Source of the DNA: a virus | Lineage: Duplodnaviria > Caudoviricetes | Direction: 5' to 3' (one strand) | IMG/VR virus record: IMGVR_UViG_3300005259_000078 | Coordinates: 1-53,659 of that record | Length of the DNA stretch: 53,659 bases | In this document: positions 8,951 to 18,440 of the stretch, in pieces | How the letters are laid out: each line of letters begins with the position of its first letter | Numbering within the stretch: position 1 is the stretch's first letter | Position numbers and translations under genes: made by a program | The notes under the pieces: model-generated | Told to the model about the DNA's origin: nothing | The model's input: the letters and a program-made list of their open reading frames with translations, nothing else | Databases searched by the model: none

Positions 8951-9523
8951 TTAGCTGTTGAGATATGCCAGCAGTTCGTCGTTCGTCATCGCGGCCACCT
9001 GGTCTTTTTTTGCCCATCCGGCTTCAATGCAGCTGCGGATGTATTGCACTCCGGCCAGATAGAACGCCAGATAGTCGGCGGCGCTGGCAATGTCATAATA
9101 TCCGGTCAGGCTTTTGACCCGGTGCGGATAGGTCAGGTTGTCGCGCAGCTCGCATTCGGTCTTGTAATTGACCTGGTTTTCAAGCGACAACTTGAATTTC
9201 ATGCCCTGGCACTCGAAGCCGGTCAGGATGGCGGCGTCGGTGTCCGCGTCGATTTTGTCGATCGCCGCGGCTACCGCCTCCGCCTTGCCCTGGGCGTCGA
9301 GCTCCCATTTCTGGGCGGCGTTGTTCCAGGTCGTGGCATATGCCGGTTTGACCGGCAGATTGATGGGATTGCCGTGCGCGTCCGGGAAGATGGCTTTCCC
9401 CTTGGATTGTTCGTTCAGCAGCTCCTGGTGGCGTGCCGCGGAGATCTCCACCGCGCCGTCCGGTACTTCTTTACAGATTGTAGTATCGTAAAATGCGTTT
9501 GTCGTAGCCGAGTACATAAGCAT
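8951..9523 (-). CDS. tail fibre assembly protein
   Basis: YSATTNAFYD...VPDGAVEIS..HQELL..Q..GK.I; directly after the fibre gene. Confidence 0.75.
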   Translation of the reverse strand: MLMYSATTNAFYDTTICKEVPDGAVEISAARHQELLNEQSKGKAIFPDAHGNPINLPVKPAYATTWNNAAQKWELDAQGKAEAVAAAIDKIDADTDAAILTGFECQGMKFKLSLENQVNYKTECELRDNLTYPHRVKSLTGYYDIASAADYLAFYLAGVQYIRSCIEAGWAKKDQVAAMTNDELLAYLNS

Positions 9524-9538
9524 GATATGCCTCCTTTT

Positions 9539-10819
9539 TTAATAGCCGATCGCAAACCAGTAAATAGCGTTGCTGGAGCCGAAGTTGACTTTTACTTTCA
9601 TGGCGCTGACGCTGACCAGTGAGGTGTTGACATATCCCGTCATCGCGGCTCCGACGTTATAGGCCGCCGTGGCGCTGCAATTCAGTGGGGCGGTCGGAAA
9701 CGCGATCGGGAAAGTTATTGCAAAGTCAGTACCGGGAGTGACCACTATTGATCCCCACTGCAGAATGATGCCGTTGGCCAGTTTGGTGTAGCCGTTTATC
9801 ACCTTGCTGGCCACGAAATCTTCCACGATCCGTGCGTATTGGGCGTGCGGATTGCTTTTGGCCTCATGCGCCGCCACTAAGCCGACCGGTTCATACGGAT
9901 GCTCGTGGTCAAAGGCGTATTGTGGATGAGGGTCAGTTGCCGCCAGGTGTTTGGCCATCTGATCCGTGTTGCGGATCATGCCGCCGGTACCGTCGCCGCG
10001 GCAGTCGGTCACTGATCCGTCCGCGTTGATGATCGCGATCCGTTCCAGCCAGTGTTTCTGCCCCGCCGCATCGGTGTAATGCGTCAGCGTCGCGGTTGAT
10101 ACCTGCGCCGTCCAGGTCGCTTCCTTACCGGACCAGTCGCCCAGCAGCGCGGCGTCCAGATAGACGTTTGCCGGTTTGGTGGCCACCGCGCCGATCGCCA
10201 GCGTCACGTCCTGATAGCAGCGGATCCCGTCGATGTACCCGATCCCCGGCGCCGCCTGATAGGTGCCGCCGTTCAGGCTGACCAGGAATGCGCTGTCGAA
10301 AAAATATTTCGTCCCGTACGTGTCATAGTTGGATCGGCGTTCGCGCTCATCGATGCCGCCCAGCCGCGCGGTCAGGTCAACCTGCCAGGTTTCGGCCGGA
10401 ATGGTCACGCCGGTCAGGCTGACCGCGTTCTGATATTGCATGGCGAAATTCTTGGTCAGCGTGTTGCCGACCGACAATTCGACCGTTTTGCGCTTCAGCT
10501 GCCGCGGTACGTAGGCCACCGCCACCAGCGTACTGTTGGCGGTCGAATAGAGCCCGACCCAGTTGAAATAGAAATCGCCCACCGTGCTGCCCATCAGACA
10601 GGAGTAAACGACCGTGTCGATTCCGTTGCAGCCGGCGCGCGTCACCGCCTGTTCGTGGACGATGTTGGCTGCGGCCGGTACCGTTTCCGTTCCGGGCGGC
10701 GTGGCGGTCACGTCCAGCCCGGCCATGTCGGCAAAAATAAATTTATCGATCGTCAGCTGCTGCCCGTTGGCTTGCAGCGTGGCGATCAGCGCCAGTCCCG
10801 CGTTGGTTATCTTTCCCAT
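9539..10819 (-). CDS. tail fibre / tail-collar fibre protein
   Basis: ITNAG, VGDFYFNWVGL, ETWQVD, two H....PH.QY repeats, C-terminal GYTKLANGIILQWG. Confidence 0.88.
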   Translation of the reverse strand: MGKITNAGLALIATLQANGQQLTIDKFIFADMAGLDVTATPPGTETVPAAANIVHEQAVTRAGCNGIDTVVYSCLMGSTVGDFYFNWVGLYSTANSTLVAVAYVPRQLKRKTVELSVGNTLTKNFAMQYQNAVSLTGVTIPAETWQVDLTARLGGIDERERRSNYDTYGTKYFFDSAFLVSLNGGTYQAAPGIGYIDGIRCYQDVTLAIGAVATKPANVYLDAALLGDWSGKEATWTAQVSTATLTHYTDAAGQKHWLERIAIINADGSVTDCRGDGTGGMIRNTDQMAKHLAATDPHPQYAFDHEHPYEPVGLVAAHEAKSNPHAQYARIVEDFVASKVINGYTKLANGIILQWGSIVVTPGTDFAITFPIAFPTAPLNCSATAAYNVGAAMTGYVNTSLVSVSAMKVKVNFGSSNAIYWFAIGY

Positions 10820-10831
10820 GTAAATCCTCCG

Positions 10832-11449
10832 TTATGCTATCGCGGTTAAATACTCGTTATCGTGGTCGAAATGCGCCGCCCGGGTGGTGGCCGTCGCGGT
10901 GGCGTCGTCGTCCCGGATCGCCGCCGATTGGATCACCATGTGCTCGAATACGATCGGCCGGATGGTGGCCGGTACCGGCGTGATTGTTACAAACGTATAG
11001 CGCCGGCATGTCCGGCCGTACTGCCTGATGATTTCGGTCAGCAGATCCGGCTGCTGTGAGATCAGGTTCTCGGTCATCTCCAGCTCGATCACGTCCCAGT
11101 TTTCGGCGTCGACCCGTTCGCTCTGCCCCAGATAGCCCAGGTTGAGCCGTCCCCAGATCCGCAGAAAACCCGCCATGCAACCGGCGTCCTTGGCATTGGC
11201 CAGCGCGTATTTTACCCGTAGCCGGAACAGCGTTTCCGGTTCGTTGTTCAGCCTCGTTACGTCGCGTTCCCAGGCCAGCAGATTGACCAGCTCCAGCGGC
11301 GCCGTCTCCGGATCGATCTGGCGGTTGATCCAGCCCAGCCGGGTTTCGATCTTGTCCCACCAGCTCTCAAATACGGCCGCGACGCCGGTCAGCGTCGGAC
11401 CGGCATCCATCCAGAAGCGGAGACTGATTTTATCGCGTAACGTGCTCAT
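10832..11449 (-). CDS. baseplate/tail protein (P2 gpI-like)
   Basis: LLAWERDVTR...EPETLFRLRVKYA..NAKDAG, YGRTCRRY. Confidence 0.85.
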   Translation of the reverse strand: MSTLRDKISLRFWMDAGPTLTGVAAVFESWWDKIETRLGWINRQIDPETAPLELVNLLAWERDVTRLNNEPETLFRLRVKYALANAKDAGCMAGFLRIWGRLNLGYLGQSERVDAENWDVIELEMTENLISQQPDLLTEIIRQYGRTCRRYTFVTITPVPATIRPIVFEHMVIQSAAIRDDDATATATTRAAHFDHDNEYLTAIA

Positions 11450-12477
11450 GCTTTGGCTCCGGAGTCGGCGGTTTCGGTCGAGAAGTCGAACACCAGCTGC
11501 AGCTTTTTCGGCAGCTGGTCATTCAATGCCATGAAATTTTGTGCCATGCCGCGGACTTCCGTTTCGATGTAGACCTGTTTGACCTTGATCGGATCGCCCA
11601 GGCTGGACGTCCCCTGCGGTACCACGCCCATCAGCAGCGGCGGCACGCGATGCGCTTCCCTGACGTCGTTGGCGCTTACGTTCTTGATGTTGGCGAATTC
11701 GTCCTTCTGCGATATGTCGCCGATTGGCACGATTTGGAACGCTTTTTCGCCGCCGTTGGGAATATGCACATGTAAGCTCTTGAAATTGCCCACGCCTTTG
11801 CCCTGCTTGACCTTGTCCTGGAGTTCCTTGACCAGCGCCGGATCCATCTTCGGATCCGACGTATAAAGGATGTACCCGAGGTGCGCGCCGTTGACGAAAT
11901 ATTTACGCCGGAACAGCGTCGCGTCCTGGTTCAACAGTGCCGACTGCAAGCCGCCGATCCAGTCCGGAATGCCGTAGATCTGCTGTTGCGTGTCGTATTC
12001 CTGGAGATGGATAATGTCTTGTTCGTCGAAGTCGACATTCTGGCCGTTCGGATAGAGTTTCCGGAAGCCGCCGTCCGTCTTGACTCGCATATTCAACCCC
12101 GGCACGTGCCGCAGCCCGGTCGGATTGCCGAACGCGTTGCGCAGGATCTGCAGATAGGCGTTGCCGAACGTCAGTAGATCCGTGGCCGCGTTGCGGAAAT
12201 CGCTGATCGTCAGCGCTCCGCTCTTGTAGGCGTTCGTCAGCATGTTGCGGCGAAACAGCACGCATGATCCGTGATGCCCGTTTGCCCGGCGCATCATCGA
12301 CAGCCCGGACAGCTGGATCGGCGGCAGGTAATATTCGCCGCAGACGTCCGGGAAAACGCCCAGATAGTCCAGCAGCCGCGAATTCTGCACCTCTTCCGGC
12401 TCGCCGAAACTGAACGCCTCGGTCAGCGGTGTTACGGTTGCCGGTTCGGCATAACGGTTTGATTTCTTCTTGCCCAT
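11446..12477 (-). CDS. portal protein (P2 gpQ/PBSX family)
   Basis: AFSFGEPE, FGNAY, QQIYGIPD, LNQDATLFRRKYFVNGAHLGYI, KGVGNFK, HRVPP.LMG. Confidence 0.93.
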   Translation of the reverse strand: MGKKKSNRYAEPATVTPLTEAFSFGEPEEVQNSRLLDYLGVFPDVCGEYYLPPIQLSGLSMMRRANGHHGSCVLFRRNMLTNAYKSGALTISDFRNAATDLLTFGNAYLQILRNAFGNPTGLRHVPGLNMRVKTDGGFRKLYPNGQNVDFDEQDIIHLQEYDTQQQIYGIPDWIGGLQSALLNQDATLFRRKYFVNGAHLGYILYTSDPKMDPALVKELQDKVKQGKGVGNFKSLHVHIPNGGEKAFQIVPIGDISQKDEFANIKNVSANDVREAHRVPPLLMGVVPQGTSSLGDPIKVKQVYIETEVRGMAQNFMALNDQLPKKLQLVFDFSTETADSGAKA

Positions 12478-12478
12478 T

Positions 12479-13681
12479 TTACGCCCCTTCCGTAATGGTC
12501 AGCGTGCCCAGGCGCGGCACGTCCAGATTGCTGATGATATCCGCCTGGCCCCAGGTCACCGCGGCCAGTTCGGCAAAATTCTTGTGCAGCTCATAGTCGA
12601 GCAGCGAAAAACTGAAGCGGCTGTATGGCCAGGTTTGAGTGACTTTGGCGGCATAATTGCTGTTTTGCCGGAACGCGCAGCGGATGAACTGTTCGATTTC
12701 CGCCAGGCGCGCCGTTTTTACCGCACTGGTCGTGTTGGCAAGGAAGTAGACCGTAGCGGTTACGTTATGCGTGCTGGTCGGCAACGCTTTGACCAGCATG
12801 TCGTCGCCGTGTCCATGGTTGCCCTGGGTGGAGATGTAATTGTTGACCAGCGCCAGATAGGCGTCCGGCGTGGTGGCGGCGTCGAACAGGATATAGGCGT
12901 CAGCCGATCCCGGGCCCCGCGGAATATTGTGATCGAAAAATATGCGGTCGATCTCGAAGCCCGACAAGGCTGCGATCATCGCCTTGTACTTGGCGTCGGT
13001 ATGCCATTCCGCGACGGCGGTAAATTGGTTTCTGATCCGCAGCCGCAGTTCGTCGTCGGTTTCTTCATCCGCGCCCGGCAGCGTCAGCCAGGCGCTGTCG
13101 TTGGTCACGGATCCGACTCCCGGCAGATCTGAGTCAATGATCGAATAATACCCGGCGCCCAGATTGTAGGCGGCGCCGATCGCTTCGGCTTCCACCGTTG
13201 TTCTTACACTGTTCGTTCCGGCCGGGATGGTTACTTCCGCCAGGGTTTTGACCCGGTAAACCGTGCCGTTTATGGCCACGGTCCGGATGCTGCAGCCGGC
13301 GGCGATCGCAATCGCTCCGGACGTCGCGTTGCGGGTGAAGATCAGTTCGCCCCGTGCCTTGACTCCAGTCTTGCGGGTCAGGTCATACGCCCAGGCGATA
13401 ATCTCCAGCATGGCTCCGGTTGCCGTCTTGGCATAGAGATTCGGCATTACCTTGCGGACCAGGAACGCCGCCAGGAATTTCACCGGCGCGGTGGCCGCGG
13501 CGCCGCAGAATACCCAGAACGGCGAATACTTGCTGGAATTCGCGATCGGCAGATTGACCGCATCGGCCAGCGCTTGCCAGTCGGCTTTGATGGCCGTGTC
13601 GGTCAGCGACATTCCCGCGTTTGTCAGGACGTCCGCGAATTGCTGTTCCGTGGTTGATAGGTTGGTTAAGTCCAGGCTCAT
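12479..13681 (-). CDS. baseplate J/gp47-family protein
   Basis: N.S.YSPFW, PGADEETDDELRLR, PRGPGSADAY, NHGHGDD. Confidence 0.9.
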   Translation of the reverse strand: MSLDLTNLSTTEQQFADVLTNAGMSLTDTAIKADWQALADAVNLPIANSSKYSPFWVFCGAAATAPVKFLAAFLVRKVMPNLYAKTATGAMLEIIAWAYDLTRKTGVKARGELIFTRNATSGAIAIAAGCSIRTVAINGTVYRVKTLAEVTIPAGTNSVRTTVEAEAIGAAYNLGAGYYSIIDSDLPGVGSVTNDSAWLTLPGADEETDDELRLRIRNQFTAVAEWHTDAKYKAMIAALSGFEIDRIFFDHNIPRGPGSADAYILFDAATTPDAYLALVNNYISTQGNHGHGDDMLVKALPTSTHNVTATVYFLANTTSAVKTARLAEIEQFIRCAFRQNSNYAAKVTQTWPYSRFSFSLLDYELHKNFAELAAVTWGQADIISNLDVPRLGTLTITEGA

Positions 13682-14025
13682 GCGGTTGCCCCCGTGCTGA
13701 GTTTTAAGTTGCCGAAATCATAGGTATCCGCTAACAGATCCCAGGTCCATTCGCCGGTTTCGGTCGGTGCGTTGCCTGTCATCGTGACCGTTCCCGGGAT
13801 GATCCTGGCGTCGTCTTCCACCAGCAGAATGATCTTCTGGATCAGCAGTTGCCGACGCTCCGCGTTGCGTTCCGCGACCAGTTGCGGCAGATAGCCCGAT
13901 TCCCGGATCGCGTGAATCAGGTCTTGCGCGATCACGTCGCGATCGGTTATGATCACCGCCTGGCCGTTGGCATCCAGCGCCAGATCGTCAGAGGACGGCA
14001 CGGAAATATCGGAATAGACAGTCAT
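13678..14025 (-). CDS. baseplate wedge protein (DUF2590-like)
   Basis: IAQDLIHAIRESG...LVEDDARIIPGT. Confidence 0.8.
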   Translation of the reverse strand: MTVYSDISVPSSDDLALDANGQAVIITDRDVIAQDLIHAIRESGYLPQLVAERNAERRQLLIQKIILLVEDDARIIPGTVTMTGNAPTETGEWTWDLLADTYDFGNLKLSTGATA

Positions 14026-14027
14026 GA

Positions 14028-16109
14028 TCAGCCCCCCTGTAATGCCCACATATCTTCTAATTCGCCCGGTCCGATCGCGGCGCTGGTATTGATGGTGACG
14101 CCGCCGTAATTGGTGGTGTTATTGCTGACGTTCGGCCGAATGCCGCCGGCGTTGATGTCGGTCTTTCTGGCTTCGGTTCCCGCTCCGACAGTCGGCTGCG
14201 CCGCCACTGCGGTTTTGCCCGCATCCGGATTGAGATCGCCGAAGCCCGGGATCTTGGCCAGCGTGCGCAACACGCCGCCGATGACGCCGTCGATGCTGGC
14301 AAAACTATTTTTGATTGTGCCCCAGACCGTGTCGCCCAGATCGCCCAGATAGCTGAATGCCTCGCTTGCCATGTTAATGCCGGGCATTAGCGTCGCCTTG
14401 ATCCCGTCTGCGACATTGCCGATCTGAGCCCCGATCCATGACAGCGCGGCGCCGGCGGCGCTTTTTATTTCATCCCAGTGATTGATGACGTCGCGGAGCG
14501 CGAAGACCAGCGGAGCCAGCGGACCGAACAGCAGCGGCCAGAATTTGGCAATCAGCCCGGCCAGATTCGGGAAGGTGTTTTTAAACCAGTCCCAGGCTGC
14601 GGTAAACGCGCCGGTGACCTTGTCCCAGTATTTGATCAGCAGCACCACCGCCGCGACCGCTGCCAGAATTCCGATCACGATCCAGGTGATTGGATTCGCC
14701 CATAAGGCCGCGGAAAACAACCAGGTGGCGGCAGATGCCAGCGTCACTGATTTTGTCCACAAAAAGTTTGCCACCGCGGCGGCTTTCTGGATCAAGGTCA
14801 TCCGGCCGGTGATAATCCCGGCTTTCCACAAACCGGCTTGAAAAACATGTAATTTCATAATCAACCCTTCCCATATGGCCATGCTGCCGGTGACAACCGT
14901 CATTGTGCCCCATATGACGGTTAGCGCTGCAGCCGCCAGCATAACTCCGACAATCGCCCACTTGAGCGGGGGAAAAACATCCAGCAGCCAGACAAATTTC
15001 TGTAATACATACGACATCGCCGCCGCCGCCGTGTTCAACATGGGCAGCAGGGCAAAGGCGATCGACGTTTTAATCACGCCGACCGTCGCCCCGAATTTAT
15101 CCATTTCGTCCGCGTTCGCGGCGGCGCGTTTCTGCAGTTCGTCCAGCCCTGACGCCTTGCCGACCGCGTCCAAATTGTCTTTTAGCTTGTCGCTGTTTTT
15201 CATCAGGGTAAACATCATTTTGGCCGCGGGGCCCTTGCCGAATAATTTTTCCAAGCCGGACATCATGTCGACGTCGGTCATGCCTTTCTTCTTGGCTACC
15301 GCTTTAAAGTCGTCGACGATTGCGCTGATGTTGCGCATTTTTCCATTTTCGCCGTAAATATCAAATCCCAAATCCACTTTGATCTGCGATGCCTTCATCA
15401 TCATCTGATCCATGCCGCCGCCGGCTTCGGTCGCGTCCATACCTCCGGCCTGCAGCGTGGCCATCGTGGCCAACTGATCCGAACTCGACATGCCCAGATT
15501 ATAGCCTACGTTGCCGAGCGCTTTCATTGATTCGGCCAGCTTGCCGATCGGCACGTTGGCCTTGCGGCTGGCGGCAGCAACCTTCGAGGCGAACATGTCC
15601 GCCCAGGGCGCGTCGCCCATGGCCTTCATTTCGTCGCCGGCGCTGTTGGCCGCGCTTTTGTACAGTTCATTCATTACTTCGATCGACTCATTCCCCGCCT
15701 TGGCCATTAATGCGGAATTTTTTGCGAACACGGTAATGGCGCCATCGGAAATCCCGGCGATGTTGTTTTTCATGAATTCGCCGGATTGGACGACTTCCTG
15801 GGCGTTGGCGGCATAATCCATCGCCAGACTGGCCGAAGCTTTTTTCAACGAGTCCAGCGCCTCTTCTCCGACTCCGGCCCCGGCCATGCGCTCCAGCACA
15901 TTACCCATTTCGTTGGCCGATTCGGAAAATTTCACCAGGCCGAGCGCCGCACCGGCAATCGCGCCACCGCCCAGAGCCATCTTGGCGCCGCCGCCGACCA
16001 TAGTTTTGTGCACTCGCTGCAACACCGTGTCGATGCCTTTGGCCGGACCGCTCACTTTATCGATCAGCCCGATTGAGTACATTAATTTTTCCAGCGCTTC
16101 ACCAGCCAT
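14028..16109 (-). CDS. tail tape measure protein
   Basis: Ala/Gly-rich helical 693 aa; LIDKVSGP, ANPITWIV..YWD motifs. Confidence 0.92.
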   Translation of the reverse strand: MAGEALEKLMYSIGLIDKVSGPAKGIDTVLQRVHKTMVGGGAKMALGGGAIAGAALGLVKFSESANEMGNVLERMAGAGVGEEALDSLKKASASLAMDYAANAQEVVQSGEFMKNNIAGISDGAITVFAKNSALMAKAGNESIEVMNELYKSAANSAGDEMKAMGDAPWADMFASKVAAASRKANVPIGKLAESMKALGNVGYNLGMSSSDQLATMATLQAGGMDATEAGGGMDQMMMKASQIKVDLGFDIYGENGKMRNISAIVDDFKAVAKKKGMTDVDMMSGLEKLFGKGPAAKMMFTLMKNSDKLKDNLDAVGKASGLDELQKRAAANADEMDKFGATVGVIKTSIAFALLPMLNTAAAAMSYVLQKFVWLLDVFPPLKWAIVGVMLAAAALTVIWGTMTVVTGSMAIWEGLIMKLHVFQAGLWKAGIITGRMTLIQKAAAVANFLWTKSVTLASAATWLFSAALWANPITWIVIGILAAVAAVVLLIKYWDKVTGAFTAAWDWFKNTFPNLAGLIAKFWPLLFGPLAPLVFALRDVINHWDEIKSAAGAALSWIGAQIGNVADGIKATLMPGINMASEAFSYLGDLGDTVWGTIKNSFASIDGVIGGVLRTLAKIPGFGDLNPDAGKTAVAAQPTVGAGTEARKTDINAGGIRPNVSNNTTNYGGVTINTSAAIGPGELEDMWALQGG

Positions 16110-16119
16110 CTTGCCCCTC

Positions 16120-16147
16120 TTGACATTGCGTATTTCCGCTGTAGACT
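16120..16147 (+). promoter_or_regulatory. putative promoter of the antisense moron
   Basis: TTGACA-N16-TAGACT, then GGAGG at 16157-16161. Confidence 0.55.
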
Positions 16148-16168
16148 AATAGCTACGGAGGCTATAAC

Positions 16169-16324
16169 ATGTTTACGTTAATGGTTCTGCTCTTTACAGC
16201 CATATTTATGATTTTCGCGGTAAGCTTGGCTTATGCCGCTTTCTGCGTTTTTTGTCTGCCGATCCGCCATCCGCGCCGCGTTGCAATTATCGCGGCCAAT
16301 CGTCGTTACTTCAGGACCCATTGA
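16169..16324 (+). CDS. 51-aa single-TM moron protein (not in ORF track)
   Basis: MFTLMVLLFTAIFMIFAVSLAYAAFCVFCLPIRHPRRVAIIAANRRYFRTH; GGAGG 7 nt upstream; own promoter. Confidence 0.65.
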   Translation: MFTLMVLLFTAIFMIFAVSLAYAAFCVFCLPIRHPRRVAIIAANRRYFRTH

Positions 16325-16490
16325 TCGTTTTGCGCATCTTTTCCCAATAGTCCCATTCCAGGAACTGCGCTTCCGCCATTGCGTCGACATCGCTCGCCCG
16401 GCCCGGGAACCATTTGCGGACAAACACGGCCAGAAGATCCAGCGTTCCCTCGTCGCGCTGGAGCCTCTGCAACCGGGCCTTTATTTTTTT
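16311..16490 (-). CDS. -1 frameshift extension of the tail assembly chaperone (gpE+E'-like)
   Basis: Slippery A AAA AAA at 16490-16484; -1 frame reads IKARLQRLQRDEGTLDLLAVFVRKWFPGRASDVDAMAEAQFLEWDYWEKMRKTINGS*. Confidence 0.75.
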   Translation of the reverse strand, partial: KKIKARLQRLQRDEGTLDLLAVFVRKWFPGRASDVDAMAEAQFLEWDYWEKMRKTINGS

Positions 16491-16744
16491 ACTTCGATCT
16501 CAATGTCGCCCTGGAATTCCTGGAGCAGTTCGCCGACCATCTGAATGCCCAGACCGCGATCGATCAGCCCATCAAGATCTTCGCGTTGCGCCTGGTCGAC
16601 CAGCGTCCGGCGCAGGAAACGTTTTGCCGGCAGGACCTTGTCGTCCGGCTTGATTTCATTGATGTAACGGTTGAACTCATCGGTGGTAACATTGAACGCA
16701 AAATCGTTGCCGTTGACTCCCAGTACAATCTTTTTTTCCGCCAT
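16481..16744 (-). CDS. tail assembly chaperone
   Basis: FNRYINE....KVLPA..FL..., ends EIEVKK; between tube and tape measure. Confidence 0.8.
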   Translation of the reverse strand: MAEKKIVLGVNGNDFAFNVTTDEFNRYINEIKPDDKVLPAKRFLRRTLVDQAQREDLDGLIDRGLGIQMVGELLQEFQGDIEIEVKK

Positions 16745-16768
16745 GATCGTTATCCTTTGCGGTTATGG

Positions 16769-17269
16769 TTATTTACTCGACGAGCTGCTGGAACTCGCGC
16801 TGGACGTAGATGCCGCTTCAACATAGGGCACGCCATTGATCTTCACAAAATCCGAACTGGTTACATCGAACGGCAGTTCGTGCGTGGTTTCTTCCGCGTT
16901 GCTCTTGTCGATATCCAGAATCTTATTGATGCGGATCTTGCAGCCGAACGCCTCGACCTTGACTTCATCCTCGCCGACTTTGGCGTAGCTGTTGATGTCG
17001 AACGGGGCAAGTTTTTGCCAGCTGCCGGCGCTCTTGGCGGCTTCGGACAGTGTCTTTAGCCCGTCAGCCCCGACCGTGATCGTGCCGCTGGCTTCGACGT
17101 CGCCCAGCAGATAGCCATCCGGACGGCCGTTGCGTTTGGCCACTTTGCCATTGTCGGTAATGTCCAGGCCGAATTTCAATACTTTTAGGCTGTAGCTGCC
17201 GCAGTCGATATCGAACGACAGCCCATTGATGCGCTGTTTGGATCCGGTTGAACTCGTGTTCGATCCCAT
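16769..17269 (-). CDS. tail tube protein (DUF2597-like)
   Basis: RINGLSFD, G.PDGY..GDV.ASG, FDVTSSDFVKINGVPY. Confidence 0.88.
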   Translation of the reverse strand: MGSNTSSTGSKQRINGLSFDIDCGSYSLKVLKFGLDITDNGKVAKRNGRPDGYLLGDVEASGTITVGADGLKTLSEAAKSAGSWQKLAPFDINSYAKVGEDEVKVEAFGCKIRINKILDIDKSNAEETTHELPFDVTSSDFVKINGVPYVEAASTSSASSSSSSSK

Positions 17270-17298
17270 GATTTTTTATCTCCTGACTCTATGGTTGA

Positions 17299-18426
17299 TT
17301 ACTCGCCGGACAAATCCAGGCCGAGGAAAACAGTGATCTTCTTGGGGCAGTTGTACGGCTTGGCGGTGATCGCGATCGCCACTTCGGTCATGCTGGTCCA
17401 GGTGATCGTGATCGCGTCATCGGTCGGCGGTTCGATCATCCCGGGTTGCTCGATGCCGCCGATGGTGATCGAGTGGCTGGCCTCCCGCAACGGCCGCATC
17501 AGATAGGTCTTATTAGCCGCGATCGAAGAGTCGGACGAATTCAGCCGGCGGTCCGCGACACGGAAGATCGCCAGGATCCGCACGCGTCGCGACAGATAGT
17601 CGATTACCCGTTGGTACTCGTAGACCTCATAATCGCCGCCTTCCGCGTCCAGGGTGGCGTGATCCGCCCAGTACATGCCATCATAACCGGTGTACCACTG
17701 CGGCACGCTGAATCGCATCGTGGCCAGCGTCTTGATGGTGGCAGTGTTCAGCGCGGCGCCGTCCTTGTCGACCGGAGCTTCCCCCAGCCCGACCAGCGCC
17801 CCGGTGGCGACGCGCATCGGCGTATCCGCCAGCGTTACCGCCGGATCGCAGAGCCGCCCGGCCACCACGCCCAGGTTGTTGCCGTGCAACAGCGGAACCA
17901 GGCAGACCCGCGGCGCCGCCACATTGTCGACCAGCGCCCCGACCCGGGCGAAATAATCCGACCAGGTTTCGGTGGCGGCATCGATGCCGGCCACGGCGGC
18001 GTGGACCGTGATAAACTTTGCATACGCAGCCAGGCAGTCGATCGCCAGCGTGTGACAGGCTTCGACTTCCGCTTTGGTCTTTACCGGAGTGCACAATATC
18101 ACCGCTTCGATGTTCAGATCGGTCGGATGATCCAGCAACGCTTTGACGATTGCTTTCCAGTCGTTGGTGGCCGGGTCGATGCCGTAGGCGTAGCAGACCC
18201 AGTTGTCGCTGCGGGCATTGCTCCGGGCGGCGCTGATCTGCGTTTTTAACTCTGACGCTGCAGTCCCCAGCAGATCATCCAGTTTCGATGCGCTGTCAAT
18301 CGGGATCAACTTGCCGCGCTTGGCGGCGTCGCCGATTGTGCCGACAAACAAAAACATCCGTTCGACCTCGGTGAACACCCCCTGATTGTTGTTCACCTGA
18401 ACAATGGTTACAGAACCCACTCCCAT
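17299..18426 (-). CDS. tail sheath protein (DUF2586-like)
   Basis: EVER.FLFVG, ADTPMRVATG, FSVPQWY..YDG.YWAD, PYNCPK.I. Confidence 0.9.
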   Translation of the reverse strand: MGVGSVTIVQVNNNQGVFTEVERMFLFVGTIGDAAKRGKLIPIDSASKLDDLLGTAASELKTQISAARSNARSDNWVCYAYGIDPATNDWKAIVKALLDHPTDLNIEAVILCTPVKTKAEVEACHTLAIDCLAAYAKFITVHAAVAGIDAATETWSDYFARVGALVDNVAAPRVCLVPLLHGNNLGVVAGRLCDPAVTLADTPMRVATGALVGLGEAPVDKDGAALNTATIKTLATMRFSVPQWYTGYDGMYWADHATLDAEGGDYEVYEYQRVIDYLSRRVRILAIFRVADRRLNSSDSSIAANKTYLMRPLREASHSITIGGIEQPGMIEPPTDDAITITWTSMTEVAIAITAKPYNCPKKITVFLGLDLSGE

Positions 18427-18440
18427 AATAAACCTCCTGA

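Noticed and set aside
8252-9622. 456-aa + strand ORF
   Set aside because: Antisense shadow of well-supported minus-strand genes in GC-rich DNA; no motifs
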